A stretch of 64,000 nt of DNA from an uncultured Clostridium sp. (GCA_900552135.1 URYN01000008.1:21326-85325), one strand, 5' to 3'. Positions 25,822 through 36,840 are shown, counted from the stretch's first letter. A program made the numbers and translations. The notes: generated from the letters alone by a model not told the origin.

Positions 25822-27630
25822 ATGGTAAAAAAGATACATTATTGTTGGTTTGGAGGAAAAAAATTACCAAAATCAGTAGAAGATTGCATAAAAACTTGGA
25901 AAAAGTTTTTGCCAGATTACGAAATAAAACAATGGGATGAGAGTAATTTTGATGTTAACAGCTTTCCATTTGTAAAAGAAGCTTATGAGAGTAAAAAATG
26001 GGCATTTGTTAGTGATTATGTAAGAATATATGCATTATATAATGAAGGTGGATTGTATCTTGATACTGATGTAAAAATATTAAAAGATCCAACTGATGTT
26101 TTAAATAAAGAAGTTGTACTTGGATATGAAGATAGTGGATATGTCGGAACAGCAATGATTTATGCACAAAATCCACAAAATAAGTATATAAAAGAAATAC
26201 TTGATTACTATGGTAAAATAAAACACTTTGAACCCGAAATTATGTATAATTTTGCAAACCCGGTAATAATTACAAAGATTTTGAAACAATATGAGAGCAA
26301 AGTAAATGAACAGGGAGTTCGAATATTTGATGAAAATATTTATGTATATCCAAGGGATTATTTCTATCCAATAAACTACAATTATTCTGAAAAGGTGTAT
26401 ACTAAAAATACGTGTATGGTTCACTTATTTAAAGCAACTTGGACCGATAGAGGAGAAAAAAGAACAATAGGAATATACAGAACTTTTGGACCAGCACTCG
26501 GTAAAACTTTAAATTCTATTATTGATGGGATATTTAATTTTAAAACAAGTATAATTGTTACATTAAAGAAAATTTATAGCTGGACTAGAATGAAGGCTTC
26601 TATATATATTACAAGAAGTAGAAGAGTAAAGAGGATAACAAATGAGATAAACCAAATTCAAAAAGATTTTATTACAATTTGTCATCCAGAAATGCCTGTA
26701 GAAAAAAATGAAATACAAAATCTTATTGAAGGCAGTATACTAGAACTTAGAGAGCAGTATACAAAAAAAGAAGCTGAAATGATTGCAAGTGCAATAGCTA
26801 ATTCTAGTAAGAAACAGATATTGTTTAACCAATATGCTGATGGTTGGGATATGCTTATATCAAGCATAAAAAAACAAAAATCGAGTATGAAAGTAAAAAT
26901 GATAATTCATAATGGGCAAGAAGATTTAACAGATGCAATAATATGGAACAATTTTGACAATATTTTAGGAATGTATGATAAAGGTTTGATTGATGAATTA
27001 GTATTTCTAAAAAAGTCTGTATATGAGTTCTATAAAGAAAAAGGATATAGAGCAAAATTATTATCTAAGTATGTAGAGATTGAAAATAGAGAAAGCTACA
27101 ACGAAGATAATAAAGCAGAAAAGAATGAAAACTTGCCAATAAAAATTGGAATGTATGAAGCATATGATAGAATTAGTAGAAATATATATAATCAACTTTG
27201 TGCAGTAAGCATGATTGAAAATGCAAAGTTAGATTGTTCTCCAGTAAATTACAAAATATCTAAAATTGCAAGGTTCTTTAATATAAATTTAACTGTTGCA
27301 AGTAAATTAATGACAAAGCAGGAACTATATAAAAAATTAGCCAACAATGATATAAATTTATGTGTAAGTACAGTTGATGAAAACAGCATGATTCCGTATG
27401 AAAGCCTTGAACTTGGAACACTATGCTTAGTTGGAAACAGTTTTAAAGCCTTTGAAGGAAGCCTTTTACAAGATTATTTAGTAGTAAAAAATGCAGATGA
27501 TATATTAGAGATAAAAGAAAAGATTTTAAATGCTTTAGAAAATAGAGGAAAAATCTTAGAAGAGTACAAATTATGGAGAGAAAAGAATAAACAAGATGCT
27601 TTAAGAAATCTAAAAGAAGTATTGGAATAG
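25822..27630 (+). CDS. Two-domain glycosyltransferase: N-terminal GT32-like DXD sugar-transferase fused to C-terminal GT-B (GT4-like) domain
   Basis: IHYCWFGG...YVSDYVRIYALYNEGGLYLDTDV (GT32 Gly_transf_sug); C-terminal half with ESLELGTLCLV-type GT-B features. Confidence 0.6.
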   Translation: MVKKIHYCWFGGKKLPKSVEDCIKTWKKFLPDYEIKQWDESNFDVNSFPFVKEAYESKKWAFVSDYVRIYALYNEGGLYLDTDVKILKDPTDVLNKEVVLGYEDSGYVGTAMIYAQNPQNKYIKEILDYYGKIKHFEPEIMYNFANPVIITKILKQYESKVNEQGVRIFDENIYVYPRDYFYPINYNYSEKVYTKNTCMVHLFKATWTDRGEKRTIGIYRTFGPALGKTLNSIIDGIFNFKTSIIVTLKKIYSWTRMKASIYITRSRRVKRITNEINQIQKDFITICHPEMPVEKNEIQNLIEGSILELREQYTKKEAEMIASAIANSSKKQILFNQYADGWDMLISSIKKQKSSMKVKMIIHNGQEDLTDAIIWNNFDNILGMYDKGLIDELVFLKKSVYEFYKEKGYRAKLLSKYVEIENRESYNEDNKAEKNENLPIKIGMYEAYDRISRNIYNQLCAVSMIENAKLDCSPVNYKISKIARFFNINLTVASKLMTKQELYKKLANNDINLCVSTVDENSMIPYESLELGTLCLVGNSFKAFEGSLLQDYLVVKNADDILEIKEKILNALENRGKILEEYKLWREKNKQDALRNLKEVLE

Positions 27631-27706
27631 TTTTTTTAAAAAGAATGTTACAAAATAACAATTTTCCTAAATAGATTTACACTTTAAGAAAGGGATAAGA
27701 TTATTT

Positions 27707-28651
27707 ATGATAAAGGTAAGTGTTATAGTTCCAATTTATAATGTGGAAAAGCAACTGGCAAAATGTTTAGATTCATTACTAAATCAAACTTTGAAGGATA
27801 TACAAATAATACTTGTAAATGATGGCTCAGAGGATTCGAGTGCAGAAATTGCAAAAAAATATGTTGTAAAAGATCCAGATAGAGTCTTGTATTTTGAAAA
27901 AGCAAATGGTGGATTATCAGATGCAAGGAATTATGGATTGAAATATGCAACTGGAGAGTACATATCATTTGTAGATTCAGATGATTATATAACAGAAAAT
28001 TTATACACTGATTTGCTACCTTATATGGAACAAAAATATGACATGATTAAATTTAAAATTGCAAAAGTTGATGAACAAGGTAATGTGCTTGAGAAAAATT
28101 ATACACCATTGTTTGAAGAAAAAAGTGGTGAAGAGGCATTCGACATTTTATATAAAGCAGATGTAATGACAGAAGTTGCATGGGGGTATTTGTATAAAAG
28201 AGATTTCTTTAGAAGAAATAAATTTGAGTTTACTAAAAGAAAATATCATGAAGATTTTGGATTAATTCCTCTTATACTATTGAAGGCTGATAAAGTTGCA
28301 AGTGTAGATGTATTTGGTTATAACTATGTGCAAACTCAAAAAAGCATCACGAGAGGAAATTCAGAAATTACATATAAAAGAGCTTTAGATTTATTGTATT
28401 TCTATGATGAAATGGTAAAAAAAATTAAAGAATATAAGATTTCAGAAAAATCTAAGGAGAATATAAAAATATATTATACTAATTGTATAATATTAGAAGT
28501 GAATAATCTAAAGGGAAAAGAGCAAAAACAATTCATAAAAGAAATAAGAAAGAGAAAACTTGCAAATAACATAAAGGCAAGAGATGTAAAACAATTTATA
28601 AAGAAAATACTTTTGAAAATAAATATAAAACTATATTTAAAATTGAGATAG
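27707..28651 (+). CDS. Glycosyltransferase family 2 (tandem paralog 1)
   Basis: KVSVIVPIYNVEKQLAKCLDSLLNQTLKDIQIILVNDGSEDSS...VDSDDY. Confidence 0.85.
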   Translation: MIKVSVIVPIYNVEKQLAKCLDSLLNQTLKDIQIILVNDGSEDSSAEIAKKYVVKDPDRVLYFEKANGGLSDARNYGLKYATGEYISFVDSDDYITENLYTDLLPYMEQKYDMIKFKIAKVDEQGNVLEKNYTPLFEEKSGEEAFDILYKADVMTEVAWGYLYKRDFFRRNKFEFTKRKYHEDFGLIPLILLKADKVASVDVFGYNYVQTQKSITRGNSEITYKRALDLLYFYDEMVKKIKEYKISEKSKENIKIYYTNCIILEVNNLKGKEQKQFIKEIRKRKLANNIKARDVKQFIKKILLKINIKLYLKLR

Positions 28652-28670
28652 ATTTAGGAAAGGGATAAAA

Positions 28671-29627
28671 ATGCCAAAAGTAAGTGTAATTGTTCCAATT
28701 TATAATGTAGAAAAATATCTAGAAAAGTGCATTAATTCACTGCTTAGTCAAACTTTAGAAGATATTCAAATAATTCTTGTAAATGATGGCTCTAAAGATA
28801 ATTCTGGAAACATAGCAAAAGAATACGAAAAAAATAACAAAAACAGAGTAATCTATGTAGAAAAAGAAAATGGTGGACTATCAGATGCAAGAAACTATGG
28901 ACTAAAATATGCAACTGGTGATTTTATTGCCTTTTTAGATTCAGATGATTACATAGAAAAAAATGCTTATGAAGAAATGTATAATAAGGCAATAGAAGAA
29001 AATGCAGATTATGTTGAATGTGATTTTATATGGGAATTTCCTAATAAAATTAGGGTGGACAAGCAGTATCCATACAAAAATAAAAAAGAGATGCTTAGTT
29101 TTGTTAGAGTGGTTGCCTGGAATAAGCTGATTAAAAGACAATTAATCACAGATAATAACTTAGAGTTTCCAAAAGGATTAAGATATGAAGATGTAGAATT
29201 TACTTATAAGCTTATTCCTTTTGTAAATAAATTTGCTTATGTTGACAAGCCATTCATTCATTATGTACAAAGAGAAGGCTCTATTGCAAATGTTCAAAAT
29301 GAAAGAACGGCAGAGATATTTACTATATTGGACAATGTTATCGAATTTTATAAAAAGAACAATATTTATGAAAAGTATAGAGATGAGCTCGAATATAATT
29401 ATGCAAGATATTTACTTTGCAGTTCTTTGAAAAGAATGTGCAAAATAAAGGATAAGTCAATTAGAGAAAAATTACTAACAGAGAACTGGGAAAGATTGAA
29501 TTCGAATTTTCCAAACTGGAAAAAGAATGTAATTTTAAAAACTGTAAATACTGGTAAAAATAAATATATGAGAACAATTAATAAAACAACATATAAGATA
29601 TTTACATCAATATTTGTTTTAATATAA
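28671..29627 (+). CDS. Glycosyltransferase family 2 (tandem paralog 2)
   Basis: KVSVIVPIYNVEKYLEKCINSLLSQTLEDIQIILVNDGSKDNS...LDSDDY; upstream AGGAAAGGGATAA shared with paralog 1. Confidence 0.85.
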   Translation: MPKVSVIVPIYNVEKYLEKCINSLLSQTLEDIQIILVNDGSKDNSGNIAKEYEKNNKNRVIYVEKENGGLSDARNYGLKYATGDFIAFLDSDDYIEKNAYEEMYNKAIEENADYVECDFIWEFPNKIRVDKQYPYKNKKEMLSFVRVVAWNKLIKRQLITDNNLEFPKGLRYEDVEFTYKLIPFVNKFAYVDKPFIHYVQREGSIANVQNERTAEIFTILDNVIEFYKKNNIYEKYRDELEYNYARYLLCSSLKRMCKIKDKSIREKLLTENWERLNSNFPNWKKNVILKTVNTGKNKYMRTINKTTYKIFTSIFVLI

Positions 29628-29647
29628 CACAAAAAGGAGATATTATA

Positions 29648-30598
29648 ATGGAAAAGATTGCGGTATTAATACCATGCTATAACGAAGAACTAACAATAGA
29701 AAAAGTAATAAAAGACTTCAAAAAGGAATTACCTGAAGCAGATATTTATGTTTATAACAATAATTCTAAAGACAAAACAAAAGAAATTGCATTAAAGAAC
29801 GGTGCAATAGTTGTAGACGAATATAAGCAAGGAAAGGGCAATGTAGTAAGAAGTCAATTCAGAGATATTGAGGCTGACATTTATGTAATGGTTGATGGAG
29901 ACGATACTTATCCTGCAGAATTTGTTCATAAATTAATAGAACCTGTGAGAAATGGCGAAGCAGATATGGCAATTGGAGATAGGCTTTCAAATGGAACATA
30001 TCAAAAAGAAAACAAGAGACCATTCCATGAACTAGGAAACAATATAGTAAAAAAGTCTATAAACGTATTATTTAAGACGGATTTAAAAGATATAATGACA
30101 GGCTACAGAGTATTTAATAAAAGATTTGTAAAGAATATGCCAGTTCTTAGTCCTAAATTTGAAATAGAAACAGAAATGTCTTTGTATGCTTTAGATAAAA
30201 AATATATCATAAAAGAAATTCCAATAATCTACAGAGATAGACCAGAAGGAAGTTCTTCAAAATTAAATACTATAAGTGATGGAATAAAAGTTGTTAAAAC
30301 AATTGCAAGAATGTTTAAAGATTATAAACCATTTAGATTCTTTGGAGTAATTGCGTTAATATTCTTTATACTTGGATTAGTTGCAGGAATACCAGTACTT
30401 GCAGAATTCTTCAAGACACATTATATTACAAAAGTTCCTTCTGCAATACTTGCAACAGGATGTATGGGATTAGCTGCAGTTGCTTTCCAATGTGCAATAA
30501 TATTAGATACAATAACAAGACAACACAGAGAAAATTATGAGCTTAATCTTTTAAGATATGAGCAAATAGAAAATATAAGAAAGAGAATGGAAAAATAA
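29648..30598 (+). CDS. Polyprenyl-phosphate glycosyltransferase, GtrB/CsbB-like GT2 with C-terminal TM helices
   Basis: IPCYNEE...VMVDGDDTYP...TGYRVFNKRF plus two C-terminal TM segments. Confidence 0.75.
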   Translation: MEKIAVLIPCYNEELTIEKVIKDFKKELPEADIYVYNNNSKDKTKEIALKNGAIVVDEYKQGKGNVVRSQFRDIEADIYVMVDGDDTYPAEFVHKLIEPVRNGEADMAIGDRLSNGTYQKENKRPFHELGNNIVKKSINVLFKTDLKDIMTGYRVFNKRFVKNMPVLSPKFEIETEMSLYALDKKYIIKEIPIIYRDRPEGSSSKLNTISDGIKVVKTIARMFKDYKPFRFFGVIALIFFILGLVAGIPVLAEFFKTHYITKVPSAILATGCMGLAAVAFQCAIILDTITRQHRENYELNLLRYEQIENIRKRMEK

Positions 30599-30600
30599 GA

Positions 30601-32115
30601 ATGGAGAAAGTAAAAAAATTTTTGAAAAATTATTATAAAGATATAATTGTATTACTTATAGTTGCTGTGTCTATAATTGGTTTTTCTAGAATGAGTGGAA
30701 TAAACAAGGCAACACAATTAATAGTAGCAATGCTAATGATTATTTTTTCAGGAATAATTATTATCGTTTCAAAAGAAAAGAAACTAAAAGAGGAAATAGT
30801 GTTTGCCGGGCTTGTATTTGTACTAGGACTAGGTTTTGCTATTTCTATACCTATTGGAGGGATTCCAGATGAAAGAAATCATTTCCTTAGAACCTATGAA
30901 ATAACACAAGGAAAAATAATATCTAATCAAGAGAGCAGTGGATATTTTCCAAAAGAGATTGATGAATATTTTTATAATTGGCAAAAACTTGAATCATATA
31001 AGTATGATGAATATATGAAAAATGTTTTTACACCAAATTCTGGAGAGTTAAACGAAGACAGTTTTCCTAATACTTCACTATATTCGCCAATATGCTACAT
31101 TCCACAATGTATAGGCATATTTATTGGAAGAATATTTAATTTACCAATATTAGTTACCGCATACCTTGCTAGAATAAGTAATCTAATTTGCTTTGCAATA
31201 ATAGTATTTTTTGCAATTAAATTAATTCCTTTTTATAAGAAAGAACTTGCTTTTGTTGGATTACTTCCAATTACATTGCAGGAAGCAGCCTCGTTATCTG
31301 CAGATTCTTTGACAATTGCAATTTCAATTTTCTTTATTTCATATATAATGAATTTGGTATTTTCAAAAGAGGAAAAAATAAAAACAAAAGACTTTATAAT
31401 ACTATTATCAACCTTGATTATAATATCATTAAGTAAAATTGTATATGTACCATTAATTCTTCTTCTTGCATTAATACCAAATGAAAGATTTAAAAACAAG
31501 AAAGATAAATGGACTAAAATTGGAATTCTTGTTGTTATAACGCTTGTGATAAACTTTATATGGTTAGGAATATCATCTAGCCATTTGAGCGAGATAAGAG
31601 AAGGTGTTAATGAAAAAGAACAAGTAAAGTATGTACTTACAAATCCAATTCAATATTGTAAAACTTTTTGTAAGACAATATTTGTAAATTTCGATTTTTA
31701 TATCGATGGAATAGTTGGTCAAATGCTAGAAAGTTATGATGTTAATCTAGCAAAAGGATACACATTTGTTTCCCTTGTTCTAATTGCTGGTTTATGTGTT
31801 ACGGAGAATAGCATTTATAAACTAAACATTAAACAGAAAATAATTATATTAATTACATTTTTAGCAATTATTGCGCTTATATTTACAGCTTTATATGTTC
31901 AATGGACACCTTTATACAACCCCATAATTGAGGGAATTCAAGGTAGATATTTCATTCCGATTCTGATGCTGTTGTTAATATTAGTATGTGACTTATTTAA
32001 CAGAAACAGTTATGGAATAGATAAAAAAACAGGTAACTTTTATTTATGGTATTATTTTGTAATAGTAAATGTATATGCAATAAGCAAAATAATAAGCGCT
32101 CACATTTTAAAATAA
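30601..32115 (+). CDS. Polytopic membrane protein, DUF2142/GtrC-like putative GT-C glycosyltransferase
   Basis: GGIPDERNHF motif in first periplasmic loop; >10 TM helices; translationally coupled to GtrB-like gene. Confidence 0.55.
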   Translation: MEKVKKFLKNYYKDIIVLLIVAVSIIGFSRMSGINKATQLIVAMLMIIFSGIIIIVSKEKKLKEEIVFAGLVFVLGLGFAISIPIGGIPDERNHFLRTYEITQGKIISNQESSGYFPKEIDEYFYNWQKLESYKYDEYMKNVFTPNSGELNEDSFPNTSLYSPICYIPQCIGIFIGRIFNLPILVTAYLARISNLICFAIIVFFAIKLIPFYKKELAFVGLLPITLQEAASLSADSLTIAISIFFISYIMNLVFSKEEKIKTKDFIILLSTLIIISLSKIVYVPLILLLALIPNERFKNKKDKWTKIGILVVITLVINFIWLGISSSHLSEIREGVNEKEQVKYVLTNPIQYCKTFCKTIFVNFDFYIDGIVGQMLESYDVNLAKGYTFVSLVLIAGLCVTENSIYKLNIKQKIIILITFLAIIALIFTALYVQWTPLYNPIIEGIQGRYFIPILMLLLILVCDLFNRNSYGIDKKTGNFYLWYYFVIVNVYAISKIISAHILK

Positions 32116-32250
32116 AAAGACTCGAAAAACTTTTAGAAAATCTAAAAAAACTATTCTCTATTTCTTAATTTTGTGTTAAAATAAAATAGACAAAATAAGA
32201 TAAAAATTTTGTTTATATGACAAAAATTAAGAACAGGAGAAGATGAAAGT

Positions 32251-35025
32251 ATGAAGAGAAAAATTTTAAATATTATAAAAATAGTAGTATTGCTTAGCGT
32301 TTTTTTGGGAACTCTTAACATCGGCAATACTACTTTTGCGACTGATGCAAATCAAACTCTTGAAGATGGAGTATATACCATAAAATCTGCTCTAAACGAG
32401 AAGTTTATGTTTGATATTTACAACAGTTTAAAAACAAACGATGCTAAGGTGGAATTATGGACAGGTGGAGGAACAAATAACCAAAAATTTACCATTAAGT
32501 ATATTGGAAATGGATGTTATACAATATCACCTGTACATTCTGGAAAATTTATTGATGTTGCACATAACTCAAAAGAGCCTGGAACCCAAGTTCTACAATA
32601 TGAATATCATGGTGGAGATAACCAAAAGTGGATTATAAAAGATGCTGGAAATGGTTATTTTAACATAATTTCTAAGAGCAATGGATTATATTTAGATATA
32701 CCTCATTCTGACGCTCATGATGGTTCATTAGTGCAGGTATGGACTAGTAATGGATGTAATAATCAAAAATTTAAATTTGTAAAAGAGGGAGAAGAAACAC
32801 CCACAGGAACTAAAACAATAAATGATGGAATTTATCAAATACAAACTGCTGAAGATACATCAAAGGTTGTTGATATAGGTGGAAGCTCTACTCAAGATGG
32901 CACAAATATTGGGGTATGGGAAAACTCATCTACAGCCAACCAGAAATTTAACATAAAATATAGAAATGACGGTTATTATACAATATCTGCAATGCATTCT
33001 GGAAAATATATTGATGTTGCAGGAAGCTCAAAACAAAATGGTGCAACTGTTGACCAATGGGAGTACCATGGTGGAAATAACCAACAGTGGGTAATTAGAG
33101 ACGCTGGAAACGGATATTATTACATAATTTCAAAATGTAATGGCTTGTATTTAACAGTTGATAACGGAAGGATAGTAACGTCAAAATTAAATAATTCTTC
33201 AAGCCAAAAGTTTAAGCTTACTGTTCCAACTGCAATGAAAGGTACAAAAACATTAGAAGATGGAACTTATACTATTGCTTCGGTAGCAAATACAAGGCTT
33301 GTAATAGATATTCCTCATAGCTCTAAAGATAATGGTGAAAAGATTGAACTATGGAGAAATGGCAAAACTGCAAATCAAAAATTTAATATAAAATATGTTG
33401 GTGATGGATATTACACAATAACTGCAACACATGCAAATACATCAATAGAACTTGCCAATGGAACTACAATAATTGGAACTAAGATTACTCAATATGCTAA
33501 CAATGGCTCTGATGCACAAAAATGGATTATAAAAGAAGCCGGAAATGGAGAATATTACATAATTTCTAAAAATAGTGAATTATATATGACTGTTGAGAAT
33601 GAAGAAGTTAAAGAAGGTGCTAATTTAACAATTCAAAATTATTCAGGAAGAGTTGCACAAAAATTTACAATAACTGATTCTAAGGTTGTTGTTGACATAG
33701 ACGATAACAAATATCCTGGATATAAAGCAGCACTTGAAAAATTATTAGCAGCACATCCAAACTGGAATGTAAAATTCCTATATACAGGATTGAAATTTGA
33801 TAATGCAGTTGCTGGTGAAGCAGAAGTACATGGAAGAAACTTAGTGGAAACATCAAATAGTGGAGAATGGGTATGTTCGACTTGTGGAACACAACTATAT
33901 GATAGTGGCTGGTACTGTGCTTCTGAAAAAGCTATAGCATATTACATGGATCCAAGAAACTTTTTAGATGAAGTAAATATATTCCAATTCCAAGATGTAA
34001 ATGAATATATGGACGAGGCTTGTACATTAGACGGAATAAAGGCTAAAGTAAAAGATACATATTTACAAAATTATGCCGAAGATATAGAAAAGGCATGTAG
34101 AAACACAAATGTAAATCCATACTACATAATTGCAAGATTAATTCAAGAACAGGGGAAAAATGGAACGCAAATCGGAAGAGGCATGGACGGTGGAGATGGA
34201 AAAACATATTACAACCCATTCAACATCAGTGCAAACGGAACTGGTTGGAATCAAATTTATGCAAATGCCTTAGCTAGAGCAAAAAGAGAAGGTTGGGACA
34301 CAATGCAGAAAGCCTTAGAAGGTGGAATTGGTTTCTGCAAAGAAAACTGGCTAGAGAATTACCAAAATACACTATACCAAAACAGATTTGATATAGATTC
34401 AACAAATGGAACGGCTTTATATACTCACCAATATATGCAAAACTTAATGGGAGCATATAGTGAAGCACAAACATTACAAAGCATGTACAAAAATACTAGT
34501 AAGCTAGATTCAAGCTTTACTTTCATAATTCCATTATATGAGCAAATGGATAAAACGGTTACACCATTACCATCTGCTAGCTCTGAAACATATCCTATGA
34601 ATGTTGAAACAACAGGAACAAATGTACTTTTCAGATCTGGACCAAGTACTTCTTCAAGTGTAATTAGAACAATTTCAAACAAAGGAACAGTATTTTTATC
34701 AATAGAAAGAGGAATTAATTCGGACTGGCAAAAGGTAGTTGCATCAGATGGTACTATAGGATATATATCAGGAAAATATCTAAAACAAATTGAAGATGTT
34801 AAAACCTGCAATTATAAGGCTAATGTAAAAACTAATGATGGATATGGTTGTAATGTGAGGTTAGGACCAAGTACAGATGTTTCTAAGCTTACAGCACTAG
34901 CTGAAAATGCAGAGGTAACAGTAATAGATAATTCAACTTATAAAAATATAAATGGCTATGATTGGTATAGAATTATAATTTCAGATGGAAGGCAAGCATT
35001 TATACCAAGTATATATTTAAAGTAA
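32251..35025 (+). CDS. Secreted cell-wall hydrolase: signal peptide, 3 ricin-B (beta-trefoil) lectin domains, GH73-like glucosaminidase domain, 2 C-terminal SH3b domains
   Basis: NQKF/NQKW QxW repeats; ARLIQEQG...YYNPFNISA glucosaminidase-like block; bacterial SH3 repeats at C-terminus. Confidence 0.65.
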   Translation: MKRKILNIIKIVVLLSVFLGTLNIGNTTFATDANQTLEDGVYTIKSALNEKFMFDIYNSLKTNDAKVELWTGGGTNNQKFTIKYIGNGCYTISPVHSGKFIDVAHNSKEPGTQVLQYEYHGGDNQKWIIKDAGNGYFNIISKSNGLYLDIPHSDAHDGSLVQVWTSNGCNNQKFKFVKEGEETPTGTKTINDGIYQIQTAEDTSKVVDIGGSSTQDGTNIGVWENSSTANQKFNIKYRNDGYYTISAMHSGKYIDVAGSSKQNGATVDQWEYHGGNNQQWVIRDAGNGYYYIISKCNGLYLTVDNGRIVTSKLNNSSSQKFKLTVPTAMKGTKTLEDGTYTIASVANTRLVIDIPHSSKDNGEKIELWRNGKTANQKFNIKYVGDGYYTITATHANTSIELANGTTIIGTKITQYANNGSDAQKWIIKEAGNGEYYIISKNSELYMTVENEEVKEGANLTIQNYSGRVAQKFTITDSKVVVDIDDNKYPGYKAALEKLLAAHPNWNVKFLYTGLKFDNAVAGEAEVHGRNLVETSNSGEWVCSTCGTQLYDSGWYCASEKAIAYYMDPRNFLDEVNIFQFQDVNEYMDEACTLDGIKAKVKDTYLQNYAEDIEKACRNTNVNPYYIIARLIQEQGKNGTQIGRGMDGGDGKTYYNPFNISANGTGWNQIYANALARAKREGWDTMQKALEGGIGFCKENWLENYQNTLYQNRFDIDSTNGTALYTHQYMQNLMGAYSEAQTLQSMYKNTSKLDSSFTFIIPLYEQMDKTVTPLPSASSETYPMNVETTGTNVLFRSGPSTSSSVIRTISNKGTVFLSIERGINSDWQKVVASDGTIGYISGKYLKQIEDVKTCNYKANVKTNDGYGCNVRLGPSTDVSKLTALAENAEVTVIDNSTYKNINGYDWYRIIISDGRQAFIPSIYLK

Positions 35026-35135
35026 ATATATGAGCTAATGAAAAACAATTATTACAACATACAAAAGTATAAAAAAGGCTGAATATAATTAATTTATTTC
35101 CAGCCTGATTTATACTCTGAGGAAGGAGAAATAAT

Positions 35136-36011
35136 ATGAAGATGATAAACGAAAAAAGTAAAATAAAAACATTTATATCATTAATAGTTCTATTTGCGAT
35201 AATGCTAATGATGAATAATGTTTATGCTGGAATGGCGGATTTTGACGACAAGACGGCAGATGCTCAAGCAAACGAGCAACTTGCAAATCAAGAAAAAGCA
35301 GAAAGTGAAAATGCGGGAAAATCAAGTAATAATTATCTTGCAGCACTTGAAATTGATGGATACAAATTATCGCCTGAATTTGATAAACAAACTCAAGAAT
35401 ATACATTAAATTCTGAGGTTAAAGAAGACAGCATAACAATAAAAGCAACAGCTGACGATGAAAAAGCAACTGTTACTGGTACAGGGAATATAAAACTTCA
35501 AACAGGAGAAAATAATTTAAGAATAGATGTAAAGGCAGAGAGCGGAACTGTAAGAACATATTTTGTAAAAGTTACAAGAAAAATTGAAGATGAAACATTA
35601 AGACTTTCTTCCATAAAATTAAGTGCGGTTGATCAAAATGGTAATAAAGATGTGCTAGAATTATCACCGGCATTCTCAGAAAATGTGTTTAGCTACACAA
35701 CAAGAGTTTATAATGGAGCATCAAAAGTTGATGTAAATGCATTTTCTTCAAATGAAGATGCAAAAGTAACAGTAGAAGGAAATAATGATTTGAAAGATGG
35801 CAATAATTCAATTATTATAACTGTATCCAAAGAAGGATCAACAGGAACAGTATCATACAAAATAGACGTCATTAGAGAAAATAATATTGTAACTAATTCT
35901 ACAGTTGCTACAGCAGAACAAAATAATAAACTTGCAATTTTAGCTATAATAATTGTAGTAATTATACTTTTTGTACTATTAAGAAGAAAAAAGAAGAAAA
36001 GCAGACATTAA
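35136..36011 (+). CDS. Surface protein with 2 cadherin-like beta-sandwich domains and C-terminal TM anchor
   Basis: Signal peptide; LSSIKLSAV...LSPAFSENVFSYT pattern; C-terminal hydrophobic stretch + RRKKKK. Confidence 0.5.
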   Translation: MKMINEKSKIKTFISLIVLFAIMLMMNNVYAGMADFDDKTADAQANEQLANQEKAESENAGKSSNNYLAALEIDGYKLSPEFDKQTQEYTLNSEVKEDSITIKATADDEKATVTGTGNIKLQTGENNLRIDVKAESGTVRTYFVKVTRKIEDETLRLSSIKLSAVDQNGNKDVLELSPAFSENVFSYTTRVYNGASKVDVNAFSSNEDAKVTVEGNNDLKDGNNSIIITVSKEGSTGTVSYKIDVIRENNIVTNSTVATAEQNNKLAILAIIIVVIILFVLLRRKKKKSRH

Positions 36012-36096
36012 AATTAAAAAATATAATATAAAATTTTGACAAGACAGATATTATATAATATAATGATAGCGAAAATAAAAAGAAAGGCAAAATGAG

Positions 36097-36840
36097 ATGT
36101 CAAAGGAAGAGCAAGAAAATAGGATTATTGTTGATCATGTATACAAAACTTTCAATATATACATGGACAAGGCAAATAGTTTAAAAGAAAAAGTATTATT
36201 TTGGAATAGAAATAAAAAAGAAAAAAGAGAAGTATTAAAAGACATAAATCTTACAATTAAAAATGGAGAGGCTGTTGCATTAATTGGTGTTAATGGAAGT
36301 GGAAAATCTACATTGCTTAAATTAATGACTAAGATAATTTATCCTAATAAAGGTAAAATTGAAACTTACGGAAAACTAACTTCTTTATTGGAACTTGGCG
36401 CAGGATTTCACCCTGATTTCTCAGGAAGAGAAAACATATATTTTAATGCTTCAATATTTGGTCTAACAAGAAAGCAAATAGATGAAAGATTAAATGATAT
36501 TATAGAGTTTTCAGAATTAGGATCTTATATAGATAACCCTGTAAGAACTTATTCATCAGGAATGTATATGAGACTTGCGTTTGCTGTTGCTATTAATGTT
36601 GATGCGGACATACTATTAGTCGATGAAATATTAGCTGTTGGAGATCAACATTTCCAAGAAAAATGTATTGCAAAAATGAAGGAATTAAAGGCACAAGGAA
36701 AAACTATGGTATTCGTAACACACAGCATGGGAACAGTAAAAGAATTCTGTACAAGAGCCGTATGGTTGAGTGACGGAGTTGTAAAGATGGACGGAAAGCC
36801 AGATGATGTAATAGAAGAATATTTGAAGGAGACTTTGTAA
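36097..36840 (+). CDS. tagH: Polysaccharide/teichoic-acid export ABC transporter ATP-binding protein
   Basis: LIGVNGSGKSTLLKLM...SSGMYMRLAFAVA...LLVDEILAVGD. Confidence 0.85.
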   Translation: MSKEEQENRIIVDHVYKTFNIYMDKANSLKEKVLFWNRNKKEKREVLKDINLTIKNGEAVALIGVNGSGKSTLLKLMTKIIYPNKGKIETYGKLTSLLELGAGFHPDFSGRENIYFNASIFGLTRKQIDERLNDIIEFSELGSYIDNPVRTYSSGMYMRLAFAVAINVDADILLVDEILAVGDQHFQEKCIAKMKELKAQGKTMVFVTHSMGTVKEFCTRAVWLSDGVVKMDGKPDDVIEEYLKETL

